The translations under genes and the position numbers were made by a program. A stretch of DNA of 64,000 bases from Vicugna vicugna (Eukaryota), in the NCBI GenBank assembly GCA_013265495.1, contig MU058718.1:3185779-3249778 (forward strand), in the 5' to 3' direction. The notes under the pieces are model-generated. The model searched no databases and had not been told where the DNA came from. It worked only from the letters and a program-made list of their open reading frames with translations. Positions 25,185-38,474 of the stretch are shown piece by piece (positions within the stretch are counted from its first letter, which is position 1; each line of letters opens with the position of its first letter).

Positions 25185-26151
25185 CTACCCTGATTTTTAA
25201 AGTAATCATATTATACTCATGTCTCTTGTCGCTCTATTGCCTAAGTATGCATCCCTGGATACTACAGAACAGCATTACCCGTTTGTAAATTTGACACGTC
25301 TTTAAAGTCTCTTATATTCTACAGGGTTCCCTCCTCCATCCTTTTCTTTTTCTTACAGCTTCTCTGTGAATCTGACCTGTAGGACTCCTACCGTTGGGAC
25401 TCTGCTGACTGCACACTCATGGAGCAGTTCACCATGCTCCCCTGTCTTCTGTATTGCCTACCAATGGGCAGGTGGATCCAGAGGCTTGGTCAGTCTTAGG
25501 GCTGATCTTTTGGCAAGGTTCTAGATTTGGCTGATTTATTCTTTCCCAGGAGCCATGTGGTACGTCTGCTTGGCTCTCTCTTTGTGGTGACAGCAGCTGT
25601 TGGTACTGGGTGCCAAGACCAGTCAATTCAAAGGAGGTCACAAAATGGTGAAATTCTAATTCTGTCGTTTCTTGTCTGCTTATGAATCCATCCCTTGGAA
25701 CATTTTTATAAATGTTTTCCTCATCTACTATTGGGTCACCCCATGAAACCACTCATACAGGAAAAGAAGAATAAATGATCCTTTTCCTTCATCTACTAAC
25801 GTTCACAAAAATAACCGGTTCCCTACTGTACTCTGAAGGAGATCAATTTTGTAAAATATCACTGGGAAGTCACAGATTCAAACTTATTTGATGGGTTTCA
25901 AATAATTATAATTACTGTCCTTTCTAAAGCTCAGATTTTCACCCCTTTTGCCAATAAAAGCCTCTTTAAGCTGGCTCCTGAGTGTTTGTGACATGGCCCT
26001 GGTGGCGTCTGACAGCTTCCTAAGTCTCCAGTGGGACAAAATGTTCCAGATGCACCTCCCACATTTCCCACCCCAAACCTAGAAATAGCCATTTGTCTAG
26101 ATTCCTTAGGTGGGAAACGGCATTTCAAGACTACAATCTGGGCACTAAGGA

Positions 26152-26685
26152 TGTTGTAGAATCCAAGTTTGTGTTCCACACACAATGAAGCCAAACAAAC
26201 CAAAATGGCAGAGTTTGGAGCAGAAAAAAGTTTACTGCAAGGAGAATGGATGGCTCAATGCTCAAAAAACCCAAATACCCTCATGGTTTTCAGGGAAGAG
26301 TTTTTATAGGCAAAATCTGGGGGGAGGACTGCAGGGTGTGTGGCTTTCTTCTGATTGGTTGGTGGTGAGGTCACAGGGGTTGTTCCAGGAATCCTGTGCT
26401 CAGCCTGAAGTTACCATCCTCCACCTGGGTAGGGACCTAAGTTCCTATAGAAGAACTCAGACATACATTTATGTATATCCCTTGAGGAGGAACCAGGACC
26501 TGCTTCCCCTGCACTACTGTTTCTTGACTACTCCTCCTTTATTTCTAATTGGTAATTGTTTGAATCTTCCCTTTGGAACTCAGGGAAGGTCTAGGAAGCG
26601 GAAGCCTTTTCCTACAAACATGAAACAGGAGACACGAAACGGCTTTTGTACCTGGAAGGACCCCATAGGGTCCTGCTGATTTTCA
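26152..26685 (-). mobile_element. ERV1-type solo LTR
   Basis: TG...CA termini; 4-bp TSD agga (26148-26151 and 26686-26689). Confidence 0.8.
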
Positions 26686-27007
26686 AGGATGCTCATTGCT
26701 TCTGGGTTCGTCATTGTTTCTAAGCCTTTTCAGTGAGCAGAGCTAGGAAATATGCATACGCACAACATCCTTTTTTGTACATATGTTATAGTCAGTAGAG
26801 ACGGTTTTTTGTTAAACTGAACATTTTGTCCCTCGCTATGCTTCCTAGACTCCCGACAGCAGAGCCTACTGAGGAGATATTGGCATAAAGCCCGTTCAGC
26901 ATTTTGAGGTCTTGGGGGAAGAAGAAAGCATCTCTTCCATTCCCATTTCAATGCCATTCATTTTCTCTCTCATGTATTAGTTCAAAAAAATCTCTGCTCG
27001 TCTGTAC

Positions 27008-27088
27008 CATTTTACACAGTCCATTTATATTTTCCAAATGCCAAAATTTCATCAAATAGTCCTCCTGGGGGACTGTCTGAGATGCAAG
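27008..27088 (-). pseudogene. Candidate 81-nt exon; phase 0 LASQTVPQEDYLMKFWHLENINGLCKM (open), phase 1 CISDSPPGGLFDEILAFGKYKWTV*N
   Basis: Acceptor ccccttcttttctgcaacag|C; donor AATG|gtacag. Confidence 0.55.
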
Positions 27089-27626
27089 CTGTTGCAGAAA
27101 AGAAGGGGAGAGAACAGCCCGTGGGCCAGCCCCCTTCTCTGTGCTCTCACTCTGTGAATTCACCAGGTGCAAGTCCAGACAAAGAATGAGCTGTGCAGGT
27201 GCCAACACACCAAAAACACACCTTCATCCAAGGGATATTGACAAGAAGATGGCTCTGAATCCTAATTTTCCTTTAAATGCTAGGATATAAAAGGAAAGGT
27301 AAAGGGGGCTTTTGATGGGGACTAGATTAAGGAAGGATTTAGTCTACACTGGAAAACAGGATGGCAAGTGCAAAAAGAGTCAAGGACAAATACTCAGTTT
27401 CTGTCACATTTCCCATTGGAAATAGAGGAAAAGATTGGCTTTCATACTATGTGGTTTTGAAGACAGGTCCAAAGTGTCAAGTGGAAGCTGTGGAAGGACT
27501 TCGCATGCTGCAATACACTAGGCAACATGGGGCAAATGAGCTAATGATACTATTATTAAATATTATTTAATTAAATTCAGAAATTCTTCTCTGAAGATTA
27601 TCTTGACTGAGACTATGTGCCCCTAC

Positions 27627-27746
27627 ATGTCATTTTCAAATGAAAGGCTAAGGAACATGAAAGCATCAAGCTGGCCGCCTCTGAGTGTCTGCAGGGAGGC
27701 CAATGACATGACTCTGGGATCATCATTATCTCCATAAAAAGAAAGT
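27627..27746 (-). pseudogene. Candidate 120-nt exon open in two frames (LSFYGDNDDPRVMSLASLQTLRGGQLDAFMFLSLSFEND or FLFMEIMMIPESCHWPPCRHSEAASLMLSCSLAFHLKMT)
   Basis: Acceptor gttcaacctccag|A; donor CAT|gtaggg. Confidence 0.4.
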
Positions 27747-29599
27747 CTGGAGGTTGAACCGGGGCCAGCCTCCTGGGCTTCCCACTGACAAACAGCACAA
27801 AGGCAAAGCTCTCCTCATGCCCGCAAGTCCATGCATGCCTTCCATTGTTTACCAGAACTCTGGCCACAGGCATTTAGATAGAGGTGCTATGTCTCAGGAA
27901 AGTTCTAGAAAGTGTGCTGCCCAGAGGTGGGGCGCTGGGCAGAGCAGAATGAAGGGGAAGTGAGAATGTGTGTGATGATTCAGGGAAACTGAAAATGAAG
28001 GAGAGTTTCTGAGAGACAACTAGAGGGAAGGAATGTAGATGTCCTGTGGGCCCTAATTATGCAGGTTTGTGCGTGGGAATCCCAGACACTCCGGAGGTAA
28101 ATGAGAGTTATTTTACTGAAGAGCTGATTCTACTCTAGAGGGGACGGAATGATGAAGTAACTGCAAAATAAGTGGGGAATGCTATAATTATGTTTATGCA
28201 TTAGGTTGGAGTAATGTCTTTAAAGAAGCCTCAAAAATCGTTTTCTCTGAATAGGCATCTCCTGAATCTGTGCACAGGTCTGGCTTCTTTCCTACTCTGC
28301 TCAGATCTACTCTGTAAGTGATGTTAACAGCCACTACCTTTTGCACTCATACAAAGAGTTTTCACTGAATCTGTTCTAATGCTATTAAGAAAGAATTGGC
28401 AAATGTGCTGCCCAAGAATAGGAAATATAATTATTCCATTTATACAATTTACTTTGCTTTCCTCTGCTGGGAGAGGAATAACAAATGAGATAGTTAAACT
28501 GAAATATCTGACTCATAAAAGAGAACCCCTTCCTTCCCTGAATGGGATGTTATGATTGGAGACAATCAGATCAACAAATGCCTTAATTTTACAATATGCA
28601 CCTCAGAGATACATTGCCTCAACTATACCCCAACCCCTCCCTCTCTCTCTGCCCCCCCCCCAACTCATCAATTCAATTCAGAGCTCCAGGAACATCCAAA
28701 TTCCTTCTACAGGAAAGAACATACATGTGCTATCAGGTACATCACTGATGCTATGAAGAGCTGCCATGTCCTGGCTGCCATACAGTCAGACCCTTTAATC
28801 TCCAAGAATGGGGGTCCTCCTGTCCCCTCAGAAGAGCCATTGCTCCCTGAGGAACCATCAGCACAAGTCCCCCTGGGCGTCCTCACGCTGTCTTCTCAAG
28901 CTGGTTTAGAAAGTCAGACCCAGGCTCTCCTCAGCTTTCTGCTTCTATCCCTGCCTCCTCAGCTTCTGGCTCCCCGCCTCTCTCCTGCTTCCAACTGGGC
29001 CATTATTTCCTTGGTCTCCATGTCAGTGACTACAAGGAGCCACTGCCTCTGTGTCTGACTCCCGGGCCCTGTTCTCAGGTGTCAAACTCCATCAGCTCTT
29101 TCCTGACGACTTCCGCCTCCTGACAGCGAGAGCCCTGTCTGCCTAGAGCTCACAGGACCCAAACTTGGCAATTCGAACAGGAATTAATGCAAGGGGGTGG
29201 GAGCAGCGGCTGCTTTTTGGAGGGTAACATTTTTTAAAGCTACCTCACAGCTATCATGCCCCAGTCCTGGGTTCTAAGAGGACATAAGGACACAGAGAAC
29301 TGCCTCAGCTCAATGGAAGGGATAGGCTAAACAAGCAGTGCAGGTGTGTGTCACGGAGAAAAGGCTGGACAGGGCGCATCTAGCCTTGGGAAGAGTTCTT
29401 CAGTGTATTACAGCAAGAGAAGGTTGTCCTCTCAAAGTCAGGAGAGCATCTGACCAGAACCACTGAGAACCTGCAATTAGTTCAGTGAAGAAACATTTAA
29501 ATGAAATGAGTAGCGTTGATTACAGAACAAGATATATAAGAAGAGAGTCTAAATTATCTTATGTGCAAGTTAGAAAGAGGAGGCAGTGTATTCCTTTTG

Positions 29600-30415
29600 T
29601 TTTCATTTTTTTTTATTGAAGCATAGTTGATTTACAGTATTGTGTTAGCTTCGTGTGTACAGCAAAGTGATTTCAGTTCTATGTATTTTTTCAGGTTATT
29701 TTCCATTATAGGTTATTACAAGATGTTGACTATAGTTCCCTGTGGTATACAGTAGGACTTTCTGTTTCTCTATTCTATGTATAGTAGTTTGTATCTGTTA
29801 ATCCCACATTCCTAATTTATCCTCCTCTATCCTTTGCTCCACTGGTAACCATTAATATTTTCCACATCTTTGAGTCTATTTCTGTTTTGTATATAGATCC
29901 ATTTGTATTATTTTTTAGATTTCACATATAAGTGATACCATATAATATTTGTCTTCCTCCATCTGACTTATTTCACTAAGTTTAATAATCTCTAGGTCTA
30001 TCCATGTTGCTCCAAATGATATTATTTCATTCTTTTTTCCATTGCTATACCACATCTTTTCTTGGGCACATGGGTTATTTCCAAGTCTTGGCTATTGCAA
30101 ATAGTGCTGCTATGAACATTGGGGTACATGTATCTTTTCAAATTATAGAGTTTTCGTCTTTTCTGGGATTGTTGGATCATATGGTAAGTCTGTTTTTAGT
30201 TTTTAAAGGAACCTCCATACTATTTTCCATAGTGGCCGCACCAATTTACATTCCCACCAACAGTATTGGAGGGTTCCCTTTCCTCCACATCCTCTCCAGC
30301 ATGTATCACTTGCAGACTTTTGGTGATGGCCATTCTGACCAGTATGAGGTGATACCTCATTATAGTTTTGATATGCATTTCTCTAATAATTAGCAATGCT
30401 AAGCATCTTTTCACG
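29600..30415 (-). mobile_element. 5'-truncated L1 (ORF2 C-terminal remnant plus 3' UTR)
   Basis: ORF 30220..30453 LIIREMHIKTIMRYHL is L1 ORF2-like; near-duplicate flanks gcagtgtattcctttt and gcagagtattctttgt. Confidence 0.85.
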
Positions 30416-31662
30416 GGAAGCAGAGTATTCTTTGTACAGAGGGAAAACCTCAACTGTCCAGAGCCCTCAGTCTTGTAGGGCAGGTCAGACCAATAAGCAG
30501 AGGGGAAATACAGGCCCTGTGTCAGAGCTGCAGCCCCCAGCAGGCTGAACCCATAGGGACCTGAGACTCACTGGAGAAGGGACAGAACACAGAAACCCAG
30601 CAAAATAGGCGTCACTTGGGGGCAGGGTAGGAAAAAAAGGAATCATGAGGAATCAGACTCTCGAATGGAAGCCATGGCAACTTTGGAAAAGAGACTCAGC
30701 CTGAACAGCTCTGCTCTTCGGTGGGCAGAGCACCATCTGCTCTGCTCCTCAGGGGAGTATCCTCAAAGGCAGGCTCAGGGGATGGCAATGCTGTGTGCCT
30801 CTGGGGGTGCGAGCGGAGGGGGAAGTCCCCAAGGCCATCAGAATGCCTCCCAGCAAATACAGTGGAACAATCACAGGGCCTTAGGCTATTTATAGTTTCA
30901 CTGCATGAAGTTCAGTTTCCTCATCTGCAAAGTGGGGTTAATAATAGTACCTCAGGTAAGGCTATTGAGAGGGTTCAAGGGCTTAGCAACTGTTAAACAG
31001 TGCTTGGCGCTTAGTAAGCACTCAGTAAACATGAGCATTATAATGGCATTATAATGATAAGAATTGTGTGACCGCCACGTAGAGCTAGTTCATCTATACA
31101 TACTATTGCATGCACACAAGTGACACTATAGGTTAGGTGTTTACAGTCCTGTCCTCTAGTAAGGTCTAATGGAAAGCGATGAACAGAAATCCACAAAAAT
31201 TGTATCAAATGGCATTAGGATAGGACATGGTAAGTCCTATCCTAGAAATAGCAGAAAAATGCTATTTGAGCCCTAAACTATAAACTGATTAACCTGGTAT
31301 GACATTAGAAGTCAGACTCGTTTACTGTTTAAATTCTGAATAGATTCTTCAATTGTACAAAATAAGGGGCATGCCACATGTAATTTTAGCTAGAGAGAAA
31401 AATACCAAGCGGCTCAGACTCAGGTGTGAGTCAGGGAGCCTAGTTTGTTACTCAAAGGGCAGAGTCAGCTGTACCTAAGGGGCCAGTCTGGGGGTCAGTC
31501 CCAGGATATTCAGAGAGGCACCCAGAGGCTGAAGTCCAGGAAAAGAGCAAAGCCAAATCTGAGGACTAAGACAGACTGCCAAACATCTCCCTTGCCATCC
31601 CACATTGCTTTTATGAAGCAGCTCAGGAGTTTGACCAGGAGGCATGTTAAAAGCTCCAGCCA

Positions 31663-32065
31663 CATATTAGTCGGGGCTTTCCAAAGAAAACAGAACCAAC
31701 AGAATGTGTCTAGATAGAGATTTATTTCAAGGAATTAGTTCACAAGATTATGGATGCTGGTAAGCTCCAAATCTGCAGAATAAGCTGACAGGCTAGGGAC
31801 CCAGGGAAGAGCAGATGTTGCAGAATTCTCCCCTCCTCGGGGGAGGTCAGTCTTTTTAAATGAAGGCCTCCAACCGACTGGATAAGGCCCACCCATGTTA
31901 CGGATGGTAATCTGCTTTAGTCAAATTTATCAATGATCAGTTTAGTCAAACTGCTTTGTCATCTATAAAAAAAAAAAACCTTCACAGAAATGCCTAGATT
32001 AATATTTGATCAAATATCTGGGTATCATGGCCTATCCAAGTTAACATTTAAAATTCACCCTAGCA
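31663..32065 (-). mobile_element. ERVL LTR (MLT2-type)
   Basis: tattagtcggggctttccaaagaaaacagaaccaacaga ... gatttatttcaaggaattagttcac ... ccaagttaacatttaaaatt. Confidence 0.8.
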
Positions 32066-32510
32066 ACCCCACCTCTGACAGTTAACCCACCCAGCACCCA
32101 GACTGAGTCTCTAGAAATGACCTAAATCTCTAAAATAATCTCAGGCCAAAGGGCTAAGGAAGCTCCTGTCTCTGAACTTTTGAGAGGACAGACATATCCT
32201 ATCGGCAATTCAGGTTTTTGGTGGATGTGTGTGTTTCAAAGTCCCAGCTCTGATGTTGCAATTCAAACCACTAGTCTAAAAAGGCTAGAAGAGGCTGGTG
32301 AAAATGTCAACTCAGCATCAGGGATAGAGAAAACTCTTTATTTTATCGTCAACTAATTTCTGAATAGATGTCATCCTTGAACATTTAAAAATTCCTATGA
32401 AACTGCCCTAGTTTAGTGCAAAAAAAAAATGCTATTTTCCAGTCTGGTTAGTTCTACAGTCTTGAGAAAAACGACAAGTTGACTCTGGTATGTGTTCAGT
32501 CTGCAAATAC

Positions 32511-32570
32511 CCATCATATAAAACCCACGATGAGTATCTTGGAAGAATGAAGATATCACATACTTATTTC
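32511..32570 (-). pseudogene. Candidate 60-nt exon, NKYVISSFFQDTHRGFYMM (phase 1 to 1)
   Basis: Acceptor tgctccctaagcag|GA; donor ATGG|gtattt; only one frame open. Confidence 0.45.
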
Positions 32571-33317
32571 CTGCTTAGGGAGCACACAGATACGCAAAAT
32601 GCACAGCAACATTCTCTGCATGTGTTCAAATACTGAGTGAACAAAATCAAAATACTTTTTTTAGCAAGTTCTTTCATTGCTCTGTACCTTAATGAATAGA
32701 TAATTTACTAATAAAAGTCTTATCTAGGAGTTGCCAAAATATTTGATTTTTTAAAAACAGAGTGGCAGTCACTATGGGAATCATGGTTTTATTCAAAGTA
32801 TAAAATATTAATGCATTAGACACTGCAGACCTTTTATTCTTACTTCAGCAATAAAGGGTCCCAGTGCCTGAGCAACTGTCAGTTAAACCTGAAGGAAAGC
32901 TTATAGAGAATTGTGGTCTGACATCCTGACTGCAAATGTCAAAGTCTCCTTATGAAGACAAAACCTTTTTACTCTCCAGAGTTAGCACCCTCCAGATGCT
33001 CTAGTATACATTCTTGAAGTGTTGAAGTGTATTCCCCTCTCATTCTCCATGAAATAAACAGAGTGGGGTACAAGCTGATAAGGAGTTGCCTTTGGCCCTC
33101 TGGGTCAGGAAAGCAGAAAGCACAGTCCTCTGTCAGCACAAAGGCTGCTGGTAGAACCAGTGAGGGAGACTCCCATCTTTGATGCCCAACAGGACCTCTC
33201 TGTCTATGTGAGTGGAAAATGGCAGTGTGGTGACTGCCTGCAGCCAAACCTGGCTTTATCTGTTCATAAAAGAAAGAACTGGACCCTTTCAGGAAGTAAC
33301 ATGTTTTCAGTACCTGC

Positions 33318-33773
33318 TGTAACTGAGCTGGACCCTATGGGGCCTTCCTGGGACAGACCCTTCAGCATATGGTCTGATGTATCTCCTCTCTGATGTACCC
33401 TGATAATAGTAGCTCATGCATATTTCCTGAGTTTTTCAGATGCCAAAACCACAACCAAAGTAATGAACTACTTGATGATCGAGAGCATGTGGCCCCCAGA
33501 CCTTCTGGTGTCCAGGGGTTGATTGTGTTGTCCACCCTGTTCCCTCAACATCAAGCAATCAGAGAATTGTGCACGAGCTGATCACGTACCCTGCGAACCC
33601 CCTCCCTTGCCTGGCCTTTAAATATGCTTTGCTGAAACCCTTCAGGGAGTTTGGGGTTTCCTTGGGAGTGAGCCACCCCGTCTTCCTTGCTCAGCCCTGC
33701 AATAAACCTCTCTCTGCTCCAGATTCCGATATTTTGGTCTGCTCAGCGGGCACATGAACATGCATTCGTAACA
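33318..33773 (+). mobile_element. ERV1-type solo LTR
   Basis: tgtaac ... taaca termini; TSD ctgc (33314-33317 and 33774-33777); TATA-like tttaaata near 33617; AATAAA at 33701. Confidence 0.85.
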
Positions 33774-34968
33774 CTGCCACAATCCTCAACATTCTCTACA
33801 TAGTTTAGAGGTGTTGTTTCTCATTTGTTAGTTGTTTTAATGGTGATGTGTATTTTCTACCCATAAATTTGGAGGGCATCTCATGGCTATCCTATATAAT
33901 AGCTAACTCCTTGGGGAAAAATCTCGTGGAGCAATCATTCACAAAGTGTGTTCCAGGGATCACTAAGTCATTAGGAATCAGGGTTACTTGTGGGGAGAGG
34001 GAGGGCTGGTTCTGAGATAAATTTAGAAAAACATGATTAAACAGATTTCAGTAGTTTTCTCTTGCAGGACTTCTCAGAGCCCTTAGTATGCTAATGTGGG
34101 TTGCCATCGGTGTGCCTTGTATGTGTGCACTGTGGGTGTTGTGTATGTTGTACCTGCAGCATGTGTCTTATGTGTGTTATATTACAGAACTGGTGTTTTT
34201 TCCAAGAATACATAGTGTATAAACTGGAAAGTCCTATGTATTTAAACTTAACTTTTCATATGTACTACTTATGCTTTATTTTTTTCTGCATTTAAAAAAA
34301 TTAATATACTTTTAGACTAGATGAAACAGTTCCTTATACTAGAGCTATTTCTGTTTATCCGAATTTCGGCTAGGCTTATGTAAAAGCAGCTTACAGAAAT
34401 GTAAAGAAAAACAAACTAAACAAACTTAAGTTTAACTCAAAGTTTAAAGAAGAAACTTCTTTACAAATGCCTATTAGGTTCGTAATCAACTTGAAAAGTG
34501 TTCAGCTAAAAACTGAATACATTAGGCTTTGATATTAATAATACAATGAAGTGCAGTTTTAAGAAATATTCAAACAGAAAATAAAGCACTAGTGAAAAAA
34601 TAGCAGTCATACCTCAAATATGAGGACTATACACAAAGTAAATTATAAAATAGAAGCATTTAAATACAAATGCAGAACATCAGTAGAATGTGTCTATTTA
34701 CTTTACCAAAACTCACATGCTGACACTGCACAATTCCTAAAGCTAATTATTTTAAGTTAATTTCCAGACACTAAGTACCTAAATAATTTTAATATTGGAT
34801 CCAAAGTTTTTCTTTTCCTTTCTTGGCATTTATTTCTTTCCCTTGAATTTAGAGTTTTCTTCCCACCAGTCTCACCCACCGAACAATACCTGAGCAAATA
34901 CAGTGGCATACAAAGGTAAATTATGATTACCTTGCTTACCTACCAAAAGTCACCCAATGTCTACTTAC

Positions 34969-35044
34969 CATCAATCAGCTACACTGTGGTTCCAAATCTG
35001 GTGGTTTAACGAGGTTCAATCATTCATTCTTAATATTTCAAAAA
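34969..35044 (-). pseudogene. Candidate 76-nt exon with stops in all frames (KNE*LNLVKPPDLEPQCS*LM)
   Basis: Acceptor gcaatttccattag|; consensus donor GATG|gtaagt. Confidence 0.45.
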
Positions 35045-35522
35045 CTAATGGAAATTGCATTAACTCTAACAATAAATGTCTTTGCTTTCAGCCAAATGGT
35101 ATTAATTATGATTGTAGTAAGATCATCTCAAGCAGATCAGAAACTCTATATAGCTGATTAATTAGAAATAGATGGGAAGATGAATTATTACTTAATAAAT
35201 TAATATAATGGACAAAAATATTCAAAATATGGAGTACATGGAGGAAAGAAAGAATGAAAATGTTTAGCATTAGGAAACTAAAAATATCAACCCCTGCTGG
35301 CAAGAAAAAACATTTATTGAGAACTTACTATATGTCAGGTACCATGCTAAGCGACTTACATCCATTATTTCATTCAATCCTCAACACCCTGAAATAGGTG
35401 CCATTTTCATAGTTACTGCAAGAGGCTCAGAGAGGTTAAGCAATTTGCTAAGGCTGAATAGCTCATAAATAGCAAAGCTGAGATGTGAACCCACCCTCTT
35501 ACATACTACTCTGTTAAGGAGA

Positions 35523-36060
35523 CTGCATTATTTTCTCTTGCTGAATGACCAATTACTACCGACTTAGTTGCTTAAAACACCAATTTATTATCTCAGTTTC
35601 TGCAGGTCAGGAGATGAGGCATGGCTAAACTGGGTTCTGTGCTCAGAGTCTCTCAAGGCTGCAATGTAGGTATCAGCTCAGCTGTACCCTTTCTGGAGTT
35701 TGAGGTTCTTTTCCTTATCCACATTGTTCTTGGCAGAACTCAGTCCCTTGCAGCTGTAAGGCTGAGGTCGCCATTTTTCTGCTGGCTCCCAGTGGGGGAC
35801 CACTCTGAGCCTCTCATGAAGCTGCCCATGGTTCATTGCCATGTGGTAGCTTCCTTCTACACGGCCAGAAGGGAATCTCTTTCTCTAGGCTGTGACAGTA
35901 GAGGCTTGTATAACAATAACATAACCATGGGAGTGACTATTTTGTCACCTTTGCCATATTCTATTTGCTAAAAGCAATTCACAGACTCCACCAGCACTCA
36001 AAGGGAGGGAATTACACAAGGATGTGATTCACTGGAGTTCATCTTTAAGTTATGCCTAGT
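35523..36060 (-). mobile_element. MaLR LTR (MLT1-type), preceded by a MIR (about 35310-35510)
   Basis: gacttagttgcttaaaacaccaatttattatctcagtttctgcaggtcagg ... cattgttcttggcagaactcagtccc. Confidence 0.75.
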
Positions 36061-36880
36061 GCAGGTTCCAGTGTTCTGTTCTTAGCTGTTTTATTTATTT
36101 AACAGATGACCATTGTCTTCTGTTAAATACTATATGTGAACATCAAAGCATTCAGGTTGGCTATAGCTCAGGCAACTGGCAACAACAGAAATGAAATGAG
36201 AGGTTCAAGTAGAAAATGTGAATCTTCAAATTCTGTAAGTCTGAGGAATTTTGTGTCAACAGTAATTCTGTGATTTCACTATTAAATAATTTGAAATCAG
36301 TATTAGATGAGTTTCTAGTAAATGAGGAATATTGTTTAGCACAGAACACTAAAAACTTATTGTCTAGGGGCCAGATTCTTTATTAGTGAACTTGGTTTAC
36401 AGTAACTAAGGACCATTTAAGCACTGAGTTTTTCAAATTAGCAATCATTTGAATGAGCCCTGAGCTACCATTTTATGATTGTTGAACTGAACCCCCCAAA
36501 AAAGGTTTTCATGACAACTGCCAGAACTGGTAAGGTTGTGGTGACCCAGGTGACCCACAGACACCACCACTGGTGAGACTGTCAAGGGGCATGTCCTTTC
36601 TGTAAAGTGATATTGTACTGGCTTTGCTAGTCAAGCCCTTCAGAGTTATAAGGTGGATTTGTGCATCAATTATTAAATATAAAAGTTTATTGCACAGGTG
36701 GGTAGGATCAGGGGCTTGTAAGGGAGGGAGGTCATGTGGGAGAGGCTCAGTGAATTAAAAACAAAGTTTATTGCAGAGAAACGTGGGGAGGTTCAGCAAA
36801 AGGGAGCATTATCTATTAGCAGCATGGATACTTAGGACCAATTGCAATGTGCAGCTTCGTTAATAATTAGTACCATTTGC

Positions 36881-37475
36881 CCCAGTGTTCACAGCAGCAC
36901 TACTTACAATAGCCAAGACATGAAAACAACTTAAATGTCCATTGACAGATGACTGGATAAAGAAGTTGTGGTATATTTATACAATGGAATACCACTCAGC
37001 CATAAAAAAGAATAAAATAATGCCATTTGCAGCAACATGGATGGACCTGGAGATTGTCATTCTAAGTGAAGTAAGCCAGAAAGAGAAAGAAAAATACCAT
37101 ATGATATGACTTACATGTGGAACCTAAAAAAAAAGACACAAATAAACTTATTTACAAAACAGAAATAGACTCACAGACATAGAGAACAAACATATAGTTA
37201 CCAGGGGGAAATGGGGGTGGAAAGGGATAATTGGGAGTTCGAGATTTACAGATACTAACTACTATATTTAAAATAGATAAACAACAAGTTTCTTCTGTAT
37301 AGCGCAGGTAACTATATTCAATATCTTACAGTAACCTATGATGAAAAAGAATATGAAAGGGAATATATGTATGTATATGTATGACTGAAACATTATGCTG
37401 TACACCAGAAATTAACACATTGTAAACTGACTATACTTCAATAAAAAGTTTTAAAAAAATCAAAAAAACAAACAA
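36881..37475 (+). mobile_element. 5'-truncated L1 3' end with A-rich tail
   Basis: L1 ORF2 end and 3' UTR text; TSD aattagt(a/g)ccatttgc at 36865-36880 and 37476-37491. Confidence 0.9.
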
Positions 37476-38474
37476 AATTAGTGCCATTTGCTTCCTATTG
37501 CTCCAGATAAGGCAATAGCCTTCAGCTGAGTAACTGGCCTTCACTATGATCATCCCATGTTTATATATATTTTTAAAATAGGGATTTGATTGAGTCATTT
37601 AGCACTGCATGGTATGGAGGGGTGTAATAGATACTATGTCTTCCAACCTCTCAAAGGTGACTAGTTCCCTCACACCAAGCCCGCAAAGCATGCCCTTCAG
37701 TTTCTGAATCTGGCTCAGGTCCAGTAGGTGGTAGCCAGTTAATAGGAGGCTCTACTCTTTAAGAAAGCAAGAACTAGTTAATGGTTATAACCATGACAGC
37801 CCGAGCTGACTAGCACAGTCAGAAAGAAAGGATCACTTACAGAGGAGAAGAGAAAACAGTATCTTGAGAATTGGAACTAAAACTCCAGCTAATAATTAAA
37901 AACAATAACTAGAGAGACAGGGTGGGGAGGCAGAGAGAGAAAGAGAAAGAGGGAGAGACAGAGAATGAATATGAAACTTCAGGAAAAAAATAAAAGGTAT
38001 TACTGGGAAGTGAAATTTTTTTAGACTAGACAAACATTCTGAAATGCTTTCAACATTACTTTTGAATGATTTCTTTTGTGATTGTTTAAAATGTTAGCAG
38101 TAACTGCTGTTTGTTTTTATGTACATAGACTGAAAGGTTTTTACACTTAAAAAAAGAAGATACCTACTTCAATCATTTATGTCACAGTAAGTAAAACCAC
38201 ACAATTTGAGCTTATGTAACATGGAAAATCTAATAAATGTGAAAACGAATCCCAGTATCAAGAAATCAGATGATTACTATCAAGAAATAATGATAGATGA
38301 CTTTTCCACATGAGAGGTTATTTTTCAGGAAAAAGCAATCTGATTGAATTCTTACAGCTGTCCCCATCACAAGGATTGCTTTTCCTGCTTTTCCTTAGGT
38401 GATTTATTAGTGGTGGTCCTCATCTTGGTATGACATTATCTGCTTCTCTAGCTCTGGTCTTCTTTTCTCTTCCA

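Larger units (their letters stand above)
24470..26745 (-). mobile_element. Old L1 (L1M-type) host with nested younger L1, SINE and LTR insertions
   Basis: Antisense old L1 3' UTR-like text resumes after each nested insertion; boundaries approximate. Confidence 0.55.

Noticed and set aside
26185..26679. 164-aa ORF
   Set aside because: Lies wholly within a solo LTR with a TSD; no retroviral protein motifs recognised
28552..29058. 168-aa ORF
   Set aside because: Low-complexity P/S/L composition from C/T-rich DNA; no recognisable domain
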